A DNA stretch of 64,000 bases. Source: Bdellovibrionales bacterium (GTDB taxonomy: Bacteria; Bdellovibrionota; Bdellovibrionia; Bdellovibrionales; UBA1609). This document shows positions 43,175-53,569 of the stretch, piece by piece. Position numbers and translations under genes: made by a program. The stretch is taken from positions 1,152,001-1,216,000 of the forward strand of contig CBDCMT010000001.1 of the NCBI GenBank assembly GCA_965219095.1. Direction: 5' to 3'. The notes beneath the pieces were generated by a model. The model did not search any database, was not told the origin of the DNA, and saw only the letters and a program-made list of their open reading frames with translations. The stretch's first letter is position 1. Every line of letters begins with the position of its first letter.

Positions 43175-44686
43175 ATGAGTGTAAAATTTTCTGAACTAAA
43201 ATTAAATTCTTATTTGAAAGAAGGCATCGAACAACGAGATCTTATTCACTGTACAGATATACAAGAACGTAGTTTTGTGCCTGTTGTGATGGGTAAAGAT
43301 GTTGCTGGTTTAGCTCAGACAGGTACAGGAAAGACATTTGCTTTTCTCATACCGCTTATGGAACGTCTTTTAAGATCCTCAGATAAAAAAAAGGGCTTTA
43401 AAAACTTTTCACCCCATCATTGGATTTTAATTCTGGTCCCCACAAGAGAGTTAGGAGAACAGGTCTATGATCAGATCCATCTGTTAGATAGAAAAAATCG
43501 ATTTTCATCAGCTTTAATCTTAGGTGGCTTGTCTTATGAAAAACAGATAAAAGATTTGAAAAAGAAACCTCGTTTTGTAGTGGCGACTCCGGGAAGACTT
43601 GGTGATTTAGCTAAGGATAGTTATGTTCAGCTTTCACAAGTCAGAGCCATTGTCTTTGATGAAGCTGATAGGTTGTTTGATATGGGATTTCAACCACAGG
43701 TACGCTCTATCTTAGAACGAGTCCCTAAAGACAGGCAACTTCTTATCTACAGTGCGACTTTAAATTTTGAAGTGTTGGAAATGGCTTATGAATTTTTAGC
43801 TCACCCCATAGAAATTAATATTAGTCAAGATCATTTAAAAGCTCATAATGTAAGGGATTGTCTTTTTCATTTAGGAATGAATGAAAAACCAAATTATCTT
43901 ATTTCTATTTTAAAAAAATACAAGCCCTCTCAATCTATTGTTTTCACTAATTTTAAAAGAAATGTTGAAAAGTTGTCATACTTTTTGAATACAAATGGTT
44001 TTTCAGCACAAGGGATTTCAAGTCTTTTGAATCAGAGTCAGAGAAGACGTATTATGGATAACTTTAAAAATAAGAAAATCTACTCCATTTTAGTTGCTAC
44101 CGACGTGGCAGCTAGAGGTCTTGATATTAAAGGGATTGACTTGGTGATTAACTATGAGTTGCCTGAGTTTTCAGAAATATATGTTCATAGAATAGGTCGT
44201 ACAGGACGGGCGGATGAAAAAGGCTTAGCTTTTAGTTTTGTTTCTGATCGGGATGTGGAGGCTCTGCAACGTATTGAAAAATTTCTTAACTTATCAATTC
44301 CTGTGGAATGGCTTAATGATGGAGATCTGGTAACAGATCTGAAACCTTTTCCTAGAAGTGCTCCTTCTGAGCACATCAGATTACATAGAGTTTCTCATAA
44401 AACAAAAAAACCTAAAAATCTTTCAAAAAGGAAGGATAGACGAAAAATACAAAGGATTGAAAAAAAATCGGCCTCTAAAAATCCTTACAAGAGAAAATTT
44501 AAAACCAAAAATAAAGTTCAAGAAGTAACATTTAGGAAAAAAAGAAAATCTGGGAGTGTATCTTATAAGAAAAAATTTAATACAAAGAAAAGGAGAAAAG
44601 GCGACACTATGAAGAAAAGGTTTGCAAAAAATCAAAAAAAAACAAGCTTTTGGAAACGCTTGTCTTCTATTTTTAAAAATCGATAA
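43175..44686 (+). CDS. DEAD-box RNA helicase with Lys/Arg-rich tail
   Basis: AQTGTGKT, PTREL, DEAD, SAT, ARGLD, HRIGRTGR; probable ATG at 43175. Confidence 0.96.
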   Translation: MSVKFSELKLNSYLKEGIEQRDLIHCTDIQERSFVPVVMGKDVAGLAQTGTGKTFAFLIPLMERLLRSSDKKKGFKNFSPHHWILILVPTRELGEQVYDQIHLLDRKNRFSSALILGGLSYEKQIKDLKKKPRFVVATPGRLGDLAKDSYVQLSQVRAIVFDEADRLFDMGFQPQVRSILERVPKDRQLLIYSATLNFEVLEMAYEFLAHPIEINISQDHLKAHNVRDCLFHLGMNEKPNYLISILKKYKPSQSIVFTNFKRNVEKLSYFLNTNGFSAQGISSLLNQSQRRRIMDNFKNKKIYSILVATDVAARGLDIKGIDLVINYELPEFSEIYVHRIGRTGRADEKGLAFSFVSDRDVEALQRIEKFLNLSIPVEWLNDGDLVTDLKPFPRSAPSEHIRLHRVSHKTKKPKNLSKRKDRRKIQRIEKKSASKNPYKRKFKTKNKVQEVTFRKKRKSGSVSYKKKFNTKKRRKGDTMKKRFAKNQKKTSFWKRLSSIFKNR

Positions 44687-44779
44687 AAATGGAGCCTAAA
44701 TTGTGTAATTGATTTTTCATTTGAAATTTTAACTCTCAGGGTTTTTTAATCAAACCTTACCACATGTTCAATAGCAAAT

Positions 44780-46903
44780 CTAAATGAATTTTTCAAATTC
44801 TTTCCAGTCTTTAATTTCAATACCTAATTCTAAAGCTTTATCTAGCTTAGAACCGGGAGCTTCACCCCTTAAAACAAAGCTTGTGTTTTTACTGACTTGA
44901 GAAGGACTCTTTCCTCCTAATTCCATAATAAAGTCTTTGATTTCATCTCGGCTCAGGGGGAATGTCCCTGTGATCACAATATTAAAACCCTTGAGACTTT
45001 TGTTCTTTCTTGATTTTTTTTCTTCAATTTTGATTTTTGTCTTAAGTTTTTGAATTTGAAGGATAAGCCTTTGCCTTTCATTGATGATAGATTCCGAAGC
45101 CATAGGACCTACAATGTTGGAAAGCTCGTCTCTTTCAGAACTAAGAAAGTTATCTAAAGTTCTAAAATAGGCAGCTAAGTCTTTGGCTTTGTACTCTCCT
45201 ATAAGAGGAATCCCTAAGGCAAAAATGAATCGACTAAGAGAGGTGTTAGAGCTTTTTTTAATACTTGCAAGAATGTTGTTTGTTGACTTTTGTTTTTTAT
45301 TTTCTAAAAGGAGGATTCTTTCTTTTGTCAAATTATAAATATCAGAAAAAGAGGATATGAGTTTTTTTTCAATAAGCTGGTCTACGGTTTTGCTCCCTAG
45401 GCCTTCAATGTTCATAGCTTTTTTAGAAACAAAATGTTTTATAGTTAAACTCAGCATGCAGTTTGGATTTTTGCAAAAGTATTTAGTTTGTCTTTTGAGA
45501 ACGTGTTTCTTATTTTGTTCTTGACATTGAGGGCAAAACTTTTCTTTTTTTGAAAGTCGTTTTCTTATAAGCTCCCATTCTAAATAAGAGCACTTAGAGT
45601 TTGAGCAAATAAGGCGAAAGTGAGCTTTTTTGTGACAGCTAGGACATGTTTGAGGGATTTGATAGCCTTTTTCTCTCTTTATGGGGTTTTTAAGAACACG
45701 AATCACTTCAGGGATTACATCCCCTGCACGATGGATTTCAACGGTATCACCTTTTTTTATTTTTTTTCTATCTATCTCTTCTTGGTTATGCAAGGTGGCG
45801 TGAGAGACTAAAACACCTCCTACTCTTACAGGCTTCATTTTAGCTACAGGGGTTAGGGCTCCTGTTCTTCCTACTTGTATTGTGATGTCTTTAATTTTTG
45901 TGATAGCAGTTTCTGGGGTGAACTTCAAAGCTGTAGCCCACCGAGGATTTCTTGCTATAAATCCTAATTCGTCTTGATATTTAAGTCCATTGACTTTGAC
46001 AACAACACCATCGATTTCAAAGGGGAGCTTATGTCTTTTTTCAAGAAGTTCTTGGTAATACTTTTTAGCTTTTTTGAGGTTTCCTTTTTTAGGTTCTACA
46101 GAGTATAAGAGAGGACTTTTTCTTTTAGAGACAAATTTAAAGATACTATTTTGTGTTCTGGGAGCTGTTTCAAATCGGCTCACTAAGTCATAGGGAAAGA
46201 AGATAAGAAGCTTTTTTTCTTTTTCTGTTAAGTCAAGCTTCCGTAAAAGACCTGAGGCTGCGTTTCTAGGGTTAGAAAATGTTTTAAGCCCTAAATTTTC
46301 AAGTTCTTCATTCATTGTTTTAAAATCGTTTTTTAAAATTAAGACTTCTCCTCTAATTTCAATTCTTTCTTTCTTGTGCTTGATGGTTTTGGGGATGTCT
46401 TTGATTCCCTTAGCATTTCTCAAAATGTCTTCTCCTATATATCCATCTCCTCGTGTTAGAGCATGTTTTAAGACGCCATTTTCATAGACAAGTTCTAAAC
46501 CAACTCCATCGTACTTAGGTTCAAAGAAATAATCTATTTTTTCAGTCTCTAATAGGTTGAGATTCTTTTTTACACGTTTATCGAAGTCTTCTAAGTCTTG
46601 TAAATTGTAACTATTTTGTAAAGAAAGCATAGGCTTTGTATGGGCTATTTTTTGAAAATGTAAGGACAGATTTTTAGAGATTTTTTGAGTCGGAGAGCTT
46701 TTTGTGAGGAATTCAGGATAGGCTTTTTCTAAAGCCTCAAGCTTTTTAAAAAGAAGGTCGTATTCAAGATCCTTTATAACAGGGGTGCTTTTTTCATAGT
46801 AGAATTTATCGTGGGTTCTAATTTTGGTTCTTAAATTTAGGATTTCTTTTCTGACAGTCTTTTTTTTTTCTAGAGCTTTCTTCTTTTTTAGAGTTTTTTT
46901 CAT
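44780..46903 (-). CDS. ligA: NAD-dependent DNA ligase
   Basis: EPKYDG, TRGDG, NPRNAASG, QVGRTG, RAGDVIP, HhH and BRCT regions; probable ATG at 46903. Confidence 0.97.
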   Translation of the reverse strand: MKKTLKKKKALEKKKTVRKEILNLRTKIRTHDKFYYEKSTPVIKDLEYDLLFKKLEALEKAYPEFLTKSSPTQKISKNLSLHFQKIAHTKPMLSLQNSYNLQDLEDFDKRVKKNLNLLETEKIDYFFEPKYDGVGLELVYENGVLKHALTRGDGYIGEDILRNAKGIKDIPKTIKHKKERIEIRGEVLILKNDFKTMNEELENLGLKTFSNPRNAASGLLRKLDLTEKEKKLLIFFPYDLVSRFETAPRTQNSIFKFVSKRKSPLLYSVEPKKGNLKKAKKYYQELLEKRHKLPFEIDGVVVKVNGLKYQDELGFIARNPRWATALKFTPETAITKIKDITIQVGRTGALTPVAKMKPVRVGGVLVSHATLHNQEEIDRKKIKKGDTVEIHRAGDVIPEVIRVLKNPIKREKGYQIPQTCPSCHKKAHFRLICSNSKCSYLEWELIRKRLSKKEKFCPQCQEQNKKHVLKRQTKYFCKNPNCMLSLTIKHFVSKKAMNIEGLGSKTVDQLIEKKLISSFSDIYNLTKERILLLENKKQKSTNNILASIKKSSNTSLSRFIFALGIPLIGEYKAKDLAAYFRTLDNFLSSERDELSNIVGPMASESIINERQRLILQIQKLKTKIKIEEKKSRKNKSLKGFNIVITGTFPLSRDEIKDFIMELGGKSPSQVSKNTSFVLRGEAPGSKLDKALELGIEIKDWKEFEKFI

Positions 46904-46960
46904 GAGTACAAAGTAGCAATTCATGCATCAAGGGGTCAATCTTTTTTAGAAGAGCTCTTA

Positions 46961-46992
46961 TATAGTGCTTCCGTTTAGGTTTCCAGTTTTTT
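46961..46992 (+). repeat. Orphan IS630-A terminal sequence
   Basis: TATAGTGCTTCCGTTTAGGTTTCCAGTTTTTT versus 255-286 (two mismatches). Confidence 0.8.
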
Positions 46993-47090
46993 CTCCTAGA
47001 GGGGATAGATGGGAAATCTAAGTATATTCACTATATAAGGGATTAAGGGTGGTTGATTTTAAGGGTGGTTTGATGGTATAGCTTTACTAT

Positions 47091-47363
47091 ATGAGAGAAA
47101 TAAAACAAATAGCCCGCTTAAGCCGGCTTTCTTTTTCTGAAAAAGAACTTAGTTTGTATGAAGATTTTTTTAAACGCCTCTTAGAGTTTGTGGATCAGGT
47201 AAGTGAAGTAGAAGTGGGCTCCGAAAAGCCTCTTGTGAATCCTTTTAGGGGAGCGACAAAGTTTCGAGGTGATGAAATAGAAGTGTGGAGTAAAGGTAAG
47301 TCCGTGGTGAAACAAGCCCCATCTTCTGAAGGAGCTTCTTTCAAAGTTCCTCCTGTTTTGTAG
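47091..47363 (+). CDS. gatC: Glu/Asp-tRNA amidotransferase subunit C
   Basis: IARLSRL, FRGDE, AP...FKVPPVL; precedes gatA. Confidence 0.92.
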   Translation: MREIKQIARLSRLSFSEKELSLYEDFFKRLLEFVDQVSEVEVGSEKPLVNPFRGATKFRGDEIEVWSKGKSVVKQAPSSEGASFKVPPVL

Positions 47364-47375
47364 AAAGAGATCGTT

Positions 47376-48845
47376 ATGAGTTTCTCACAAATGAGCCTTA
47401 CTGATTTAGCTGAAGGAATCCAGAAAAAGAATTTTTCTTCTAAAGAGCTTGTGTCTTACTTTTTGGATCGTGTTGAGAGCTATGATTCTAAGCTCAATTC
47501 TTTTATTAGTGTTAATGAAAGAGCTTTAGAGGAAGCTAAAGCTCAGGATGTAAAAAAAACGAACTCTCTTTTAGCAGGAGTTCCTATTTCTTTAAAAGAC
47601 AATTTTTGTACAGAAGGACTTAAAACTACGGCTGCGTCTAAAATTTTGTCTTCTTTTGTGCCTGCTTATGACAGCACTGTTGCAAAGAGATTAAAGAATC
47701 AAGGGATGATCATTTTAGGAAAAAATAACATGGATGAATTTGCTATGGGTTCTAGCACAGAGACTTCTTATTTTCAGCCTAGTTACAACCCTTGGAATAG
47801 GGAGCATACGCCTGGGGGATCAAGCGGAGGTTCTGCAGCTTCTGTAGCCGGTGGTTTAGTGCCTGCATCTATGGGGACAGATACAGGGGGTTCTGTTAGA
47901 CAACCGGCTTGTTTTTGTGGACTTGTGGGATTGAAACCCACCTACGGTCGTATCAGTCGCTACGGAATTATTGCCTATGCTTCTAGTCTTGACCAAGCAG
48001 GGACCTTAACAAAAACAGTGGAAGATAGTGCTTGTCTTTTACAGATTCTTTCTGGTTTTGATGAAAAAGACAGCACTTCATCCTTAGAGCCTGTATTGTC
48101 TTTTTCAAACAGCCTTAAAAGGGGTGTGAAGAATTTAAAAATAGGTGTTTTGAAATTGCCTTCTTCTGTTCACGTTGAAAGTGATGCTTTAGAGATTTTT
48201 GACAAAGCGGTGAAAGTTTTAAAAGACGAAGGATCTAAAATTATTTCTGTTGAGTTAAAATACATGGATTACTTTCCTTCTGTGTATTATATTATTGCTC
48301 CTTGCGAAGCTTCTAGTAATTTATCTCGTTACGATGGTGTTCGCTATGGTTTTCGTTCCAATTTTTCTGAAAGACCGGCTCAAAACTTAGAGGAGTTTTA
48401 CAGTCGCACACGAGGGGAGGGCTTCGGACAGGAAGTCAAAAGAAGAATTCTTATGGGGACTTATGCTCTTAGCTCAGGTTATTATGATGCTTATTATTTA
48501 AAAGCTTGCCGGGTGAGAAGTTTGATTCAAAAGGATTACCTAGAGAACTTTAAAACATGTGATGTAATTTTATCTCCTCCTTCTAGCTCTACAGCTCCTG
48601 TTCTCTACCGAGATCAAAATGATCCTATTAAAACGTACACGAATGATCTTTTTACATTGGGAGTTAATTTAGCGGGTCTACCGGCTTTAACTTGCCCCAT
48701 AGCTTTAAGTGCGAAAACAAACTTACCTTTTGGAGTCCAGATCATAGCTGCCCCTTTTAGGGAGGAAGTTTTGTTTCAAGTAGGACAGTTTTTAGAAGAT
48801 CATTTTGAATTTTATAAAACAAAACCTCAGGAATTTTTTTCATGA
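47376..48845 (+). CDS. gatA: Glu/Asp-tRNA amidotransferase subunit A
   Basis: GKNNMDEFAMGSS, PGGSSGGSAA, DTGGSVRQPA, SSNLSRYDG. Confidence 0.98.
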   Translation: MSFSQMSLTDLAEGIQKKNFSSKELVSYFLDRVESYDSKLNSFISVNERALEEAKAQDVKKTNSLLAGVPISLKDNFCTEGLKTTAASKILSSFVPAYDSTVAKRLKNQGMIILGKNNMDEFAMGSSTETSYFQPSYNPWNREHTPGGSSGGSAASVAGGLVPASMGTDTGGSVRQPACFCGLVGLKPTYGRISRYGIIAYASSLDQAGTLTKTVEDSACLLQILSGFDEKDSTSSLEPVLSFSNSLKRGVKNLKIGVLKLPSSVHVESDALEIFDKAVKVLKDEGSKIISVELKYMDYFPSVYYIIAPCEASSNLSRYDGVRYGFRSNFSERPAQNLEEFYSRTRGEGFGQEVKRRILMGTYALSSGYYDAYYLKACRVRSLIQKDYLENFKTCDVILSPPSSSTAPVLYRDQNDPIKTYTNDLFTLGVNLAGLPALTCPIALSAKTNLPFGVQIIAAPFREEVLFQVGQFLEDHFEFYKTKPQEFFS

Positions 48846-50266
48846 ACTGGGAGTCTGTCATAGGAATTGAAATTCATGCTCAGCTTAAAACAAAGAGTAA
48901 ACTTTTTTGTTCTGATTCCACTCACTTTAAAGCTTTTGAAAATGAAAATACAAGTCCCATAAGCTTAGGGATGCCGGGAACTCTGCCTATGATCAATAAG
49001 CAGTCCGTATTTTGTGCTATAAAAGCAGGCCTTGCCTTAGGTTGTCGTATTCGTCATAAATCAGTTTTTTCTCGCAAAAATTACTTTTACCCTGATTTAC
49101 CTAAAGGGTATCAGATCTCTCAAAGTTCAGAACCTCTTTGCGAGAAAGGGGAGGTAGAGTTTTTATCGCAAGGAGAGCTTATGAAAGTAAGTATTGAAAG
49201 AGCTCATATGGAAGAGGATGCAGGGAAATCACAACATCAAGGCCATCAAACACTTTTAAATTTCAATCGAGCAGGTAATCCTTTGTTAGAAATTGTATCT
49301 TATCCTGATTTGAGAACACCGGAACAAGCTTCCGAATACTGCCGTACGGTTTGTAACATTTTAAAGACGGTGGATGTTTGTGATGGCAACTTAGAGGAAG
49401 GCTCTTTAAGATGTGATTGTAATGTGAGTGTTAGGAAAAAAGGTGAGACTAAATTAGGGACAAAAGTAGAGCTAAAGAATATTAATTCGTTTCGTTTTAT
49501 TTATAAAGCGATTTCCTATGAAATAACTCGTCAAATTGATGTTTTAAACTCAGGAGGTCAAATGGTTCAAGAAACAAGGCTCTATGACAGTACAAAAAAC
49601 AAAACCTTTTCTATGAGAAGAAAAGAAGAAGCTCATGATTATAGGTACTTTCCTGATCCCGATTTGCTTCCCTTAGAAGTAAGTGAGAAGTGGATTGAAA
49701 CTATAAGAAAAAATCTACCTGAGCTTCCTCTTCAAAGAGCTCTTAGATTTCAAAAGGAATATAAAATTCCTGAGTACGATGCACACTTGTTGAATCAGGA
49801 AAAAGAAATCGCTGATTTTTTTGAGCAAGTGGCCCAAAAAAGTAAAGAGCCGAAGTTAAGCTCTAATTGGATTATGGGTGATATGTTGCAGAAGTTGAAA
49901 GAGGAAAAAAAATCTGTAAATGATATGAAGATAACATCCGATCAGTTGTCACATATGATCAAATTGATTTGTAACAAAACTATTTCTGGAAAAATAGCAA
50001 AAACTGTGTTTTCTGAGATGTGGGGTACAGATAAAATGCCTGAAGTAATTGTAAAAGAAAAAAATCTTGTTCAAATTACAGATGAAACAGTAATTGAAGA
50101 GCTTGTTAACAAAATCATATCAAGCCATCCGGAACAACTTAAAGAGTACAGGAGAGGAAAGACAAAGATTTTTGGTTTTTTTGTAGGACAGTCTATGAAG
50201 GCCTCTAAAGGTCAAGTCAATCCTGAAATTTTGAATCAAATCTTAAAGAAAAATTTGGATTCTTAG
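48842..50266 (+). CDS. gatB: Glu/Asp-tRNA amidotransferase subunit B
   Basis: IGIEIHAQL, RKNYFYPDLPKGYQISQ, HMEEDAGK, DYRYFPDPDL. Confidence 0.98.
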   Translation: MNWESVIGIEIHAQLKTKSKLFCSDSTHFKAFENENTSPISLGMPGTLPMINKQSVFCAIKAGLALGCRIRHKSVFSRKNYFYPDLPKGYQISQSSEPLCEKGEVEFLSQGELMKVSIERAHMEEDAGKSQHQGHQTLLNFNRAGNPLLEIVSYPDLRTPEQASEYCRTVCNILKTVDVCDGNLEEGSLRCDCNVSVRKKGETKLGTKVELKNINSFRFIYKAISYEITRQIDVLNSGGQMVQETRLYDSTKNKTFSMRRKEEAHDYRYFPDPDLLPLEVSEKWIETIRKNLPELPLQRALRFQKEYKIPEYDAHLLNQEKEIADFFEQVAQKSKEPKLSSNWIMGDMLQKLKEEKKSVNDMKITSDQLSHMIKLICNKTISGKIAKTVFSEMWGTDKMPEVIVKEKNLVQITDETVIEELVNKIISSHPEQLKEYRRGKTKIFGFFVGQSMKASKGQVNPEILNQILKKNLDS

Positions 50267-51154
50267 ATGAAAGTCGCCGCCTTAGATCTAGGATCTAATA
50301 CGTTTTTACTTCTTATTGTGACTATAGAAAAAGGAAAGATCAAAAAAGTTCATAAAGATGTATCTGAGTATGTACGTCTCAGTGAGGGAGTCAATGAAAC
50401 AGGTCTTCTTTCAGATAAAGCTCTTCAAAGAGCTGAAAAATGTTTTATAAAATTTAGAAAAATAATTCAAAAAGAAAAGATCAAAAAAGTTTGTGCTGTA
50501 GCTACTTCTGCAGCGAGAGATGCGAAAAATAAAGATCAACTCAAAAGCTTGGCGAAACAATATGACATTCCCCTTAAAATTATAGATGGAAAAGAGGAGG
50601 CCTCATTGACTTTCTTAGGTTGTTTAGACGGACAAATAGAAAAAAGTCAGTTGGTTGTGGACGTGGGAGGCTATTCTACTGAGCTTACCTATTGTGTAGA
50701 AAAAAAAATTTATCCTACAAGTTTGAATGTGGGGGCTTTACGTTTGATGGAGATGTTTTCTCAAGAGATTTCGAATTCAGGAATCATTAAACTTCAAACT
50801 TTAAGTAATATGAGAGAGGAAATTATAAAAGAAAGTTTGCCTCCTCTAAAGTATATGCCGTCCTCTCTCCTTTGGTCTGAAGTGTGGGCTGTAGGAGGAA
50901 CTCCTCTATCCCTTCTTAATCTTTTGCAAAATGAAGCTGTGTTAACTGTAGAGAATTTATCCAGACTTACAAAGACTTTAGCCTCTCTTGAACTTGAACA
51001 AAGAAAAGCCTTTTTGGGAAAACAAGCTCCTAGGGCTGATATTCTTCCTTTAGGAGCCTTAATCTTAGAGACTCTTGCTTCTGTCTTAAATTTATGGGGC
51101 TACCGGGCTTCTCATAAAGGAGTTCGTTTTGGTCTTGTCTTTTGTCTAGATTGA
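50267..51154 (+). CDS. Ppx/GppA family phosphatase (short form)
   Basis: AALDLGSN, ATSAARDA, GKEEA, DVGGYSTE, RADI. Confidence 0.92.
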   Translation: MKVAALDLGSNTFLLLIVTIEKGKIKKVHKDVSEYVRLSEGVNETGLLSDKALQRAEKCFIKFRKIIQKEKIKKVCAVATSAARDAKNKDQLKSLAKQYDIPLKIIDGKEEASLTFLGCLDGQIEKSQLVVDVGGYSTELTYCVEKKIYPTSLNVGALRLMEMFSQEISNSGIIKLQTLSNMREEIIKESLPPLKYMPSSLLWSEVWAVGGTPLSLLNLLQNEAVLTVENLSRLTKTLASLELEQRKAFLGKQAPRADILPLGALILETLASVLNLWGYRASHKGVRFGLVFCLD

Positions 51155-51186
51155 AAATATTTGTTTTCTAAGAAATATTTGTATTT

Positions 51187-52935
51187 TTGGAAAAAAGTAG
51201 TAAGCTAAGGCTAAGTATGCTCTTTAGAGGACAGAATCTTATATTTTTCTTTATGGCGAGTTGTTTTCTAGTGCAGTGTAGTTCTGTAAAAGATAATACA
51301 GCAAAAAACCAATCGAATTATTCAGAATATGACACAGAGCTTTCATATGCTTTAGAAGACTTTGATCTTTCCGAAAAAGAAAAAACACATTCAGTTCAAC
51401 AGGAGAAGAAAGAAGATGAAGAAGACGATTTAGCTCACTCAGAAAGTGCTCTTGATTCTGATACAAGTTCTAGCACAAGTCTAGAGGAAGAATTTGAAAA
51501 GGAGCTTTCAGAACAAGAGAAGAATATTACTGACAATTCAGTAAAATCTGAAGAAGATTTAGTTTCTATTTTTGAAAAAGAATTAGCAGCAGAAGAAGAA
51601 TTAGAGAAAAAAATAGAACCAAAAGAGACACAAACAGACTTAGAAAAAGATTTCGAATCTTTAATGGCGGAAGATAAGACATTACAAGACGAAAAGAATG
51701 AAGAAACTGTGTCTCAAGATAGCTCTCAAGAAGGGATGCAAAAAAAAGTAGATTCTCATACAGATACAGAGTTATCTGATTCATCTGATAAAACAGAAGA
51801 GGAAGTAATTTCTTCAGATTCAGAAGCTTACACTGATAAAACAGAAGAAATTATTTCTGAAAAAGAAAAAGAAGATGGTTTTAAGAATTTAGCAGAAGAT
51901 AGTAGTCAAGATGAATCCTTTAAACCAGTGAGAACTTGGATTCCTGTTAAAAAAATGTCCTTGAAACCTTTTAGAAAAGGTGGCCAGTGGGTTAACTCTA
52001 TTTATTTTGCAAGACCTTATGACAATTTAGAAATTATTGCTACTAAAGTCTATGGGAATTCTGATACTTCCCGTTTGTTGAAGATCAACCCTCATTTTAA
52101 AAACAAAAGTTTAAAAGTAGGTGATAAGGTTTATTATAATTCTCCCACAAGGCCTCAGGATCAATCCCAAGTTCTAACTTACTATGAAGAGCTAGGTCTT
52201 TCACCTGAAACTTATGTTTCAAAAGATGCAGAGAACATTCGTGTCATTTCAAGAAAACTTTTAGGAGATAGTGGCAGTTGGAAAGAGGTTTGGGCTTATA
52301 ATCCACAAATAGAATCAAAAGACGTTTTGCCTTCAGGTACTGTGATTCGTTATTGGCCTCAACAAGCTCATAAAAAAGTTTTAACAGCAGTATCTTCTTA
52401 TAATTCTCAGATTGATGAACATAGGGAGGAGGATCTAGCCTCTGAAAATAGGACTTTTCGTAAAGAAAATCCAGTTCAAGTTGAAACAGAAGCTGTGATT
52501 CAGGAGGATTCATCACAACAGAAAAAGGAACCGAATCATTCTGCTTCCCTACAAAATAATCCTCAAACAGAAAAGAACACTCTTACATCTGAGTCCCATA
52601 TTCCACAACAACAACAGATGGCACAAAACAATTCTTCTGACATTCCAGTTGTTGAACCAGAAGAAGAGGTACCATCAGAGGAAGCCGAAGAAGACTCCAT
52701 TGATGGAAAAACCATGGCTTCAACTCAATCTCAAATGAGTAAAGGAGATGGGATTGAAACAAAAGAACAGAATCTTATTGATTATGCTTCTTATGGTGCT
52801 TTAGTTTTTGGTGTTTTAGGGCTTATTTTTGTCGTTGCAAGAAGAAGAAAATTAAAAGTTCATACATCACCTTTTAAAAGCTCACATAATCATAATCAAG
52901 ATACTCAAGTGACTCAAGTCACGCAGGTAGAGTAA
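51187..52935 (+). CDS. Acidic envelope protein with LysM-like domains and C-terminal TM (possible lipoprotein)
   Basis: FLVQC; D/E-rich linker; LEIIATKVYG...LKVGDKV and ISRKLLG...WKEVWAYN; TM followed by RRRK; start uncertain. Confidence 0.7.
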   Translation: MEKSSKLRLSMLFRGQNLIFFFMASCFLVQCSSVKDNTAKNQSNYSEYDTELSYALEDFDLSEKEKTHSVQQEKKEDEEDDLAHSESALDSDTSSSTSLEEEFEKELSEQEKNITDNSVKSEEDLVSIFEKELAAEEELEKKIEPKETQTDLEKDFESLMAEDKTLQDEKNEETVSQDSSQEGMQKKVDSHTDTELSDSSDKTEEEVISSDSEAYTDKTEEIISEKEKEDGFKNLAEDSSQDESFKPVRTWIPVKKMSLKPFRKGGQWVNSIYFARPYDNLEIIATKVYGNSDTSRLLKINPHFKNKSLKVGDKVYYNSPTRPQDQSQVLTYYEELGLSPETYVSKDAENIRVISRKLLGDSGSWKEVWAYNPQIESKDVLPSGTVIRYWPQQAHKKVLTAVSSYNSQIDEHREEDLASENRTFRKENPVQVETEAVIQEDSSQQKKEPNHSASLQNNPQTEKNTLTSESHIPQQQQMAQNNSSDIPVVEPEEEVPSEEAEEDSIDGKTMASTQSQMSKGDGIETKEQNLIDYASYGALVFGVLGLIFVVARRRKLKVHTSPFKSSHNHNQDTQVTQVTQVE

Positions 52936-52991
52936 TTTTTCTTAAGCTTTCATGTATTGATGGATCTTTTATGAGATGCTAAGCTTAGAGA

Positions 52992-53465
52992 GTGATGTTA
53001 CTATGCTTTTTTCTTTTTTCTTTCACTTTTTCTTCATTATCTCACTTCGATCTATCGCCTCAGAAATTTTTATCTGAATCTTTTTCCATGTCAACAAAAG
53101 GATGGAAGCAGACTGCTCATTATGATCTTGATGAACAGGGACTGTTAGGAGAGTATTTTGTAAGCGAAAAAAACATGATAGGCTCTCTTACAATTAGAAA
53201 GGTTGTTTCTAAGCCATTATTTTTATCAATTTTAAAACAAGACTTTATTCATAGCGGATTTAAGGTTAACCGTGCACGTAAACTAAGGAAAGGTATTTTT
53301 GTTTTTGAATTGTACCATAAATTAACGAGAAAACATATGATACAACTATCCTTTGTTAAAGAAGATCATTTGATCGTTTTAACTTGTAAATCGCATCAAG
53401 ATTATTTTGAAAAGATAAAACCTCTTTGTTTTAGAACTTTAAGAAGTTTTCAGTGGATTCTCTAA
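52992..53465 (+). CDS. Secreted hypothetical protein
   Basis: Signal-like N-terminus, 157 aa. Confidence 0.7.
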   Translation: MMLLCFFLFSFTFSSLSHFDLSPQKFLSESFSMSTKGWKQTAHYDLDEQGLLGEYFVSEKNMIGSLTIRKVVSKPLFLSILKQDFIHSGFKVNRARKLRKGIFVFELYHKLTRKHMIQLSFVKEDHLIVLTCKSHQDYFEKIKPLCFRTLRSFQWIL

Positions 53466-53569
53466 ACCTCCTAACTTAGAGTTTATATTAAACTTAAAAA
53501 TTAACTCCACTTTTTAGTAGAGCAGTCTATTCATTTTTTAAGTGTTCTTAGGTTTATAAGGACATCTAA

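Noticed and set aside
47043..47073. TTAAGGGTGGTT direct repeat upstream of gatC as a regulator site
   Set aside because: Only two short units over a likely promoter; no known motif and could be a local duplication.
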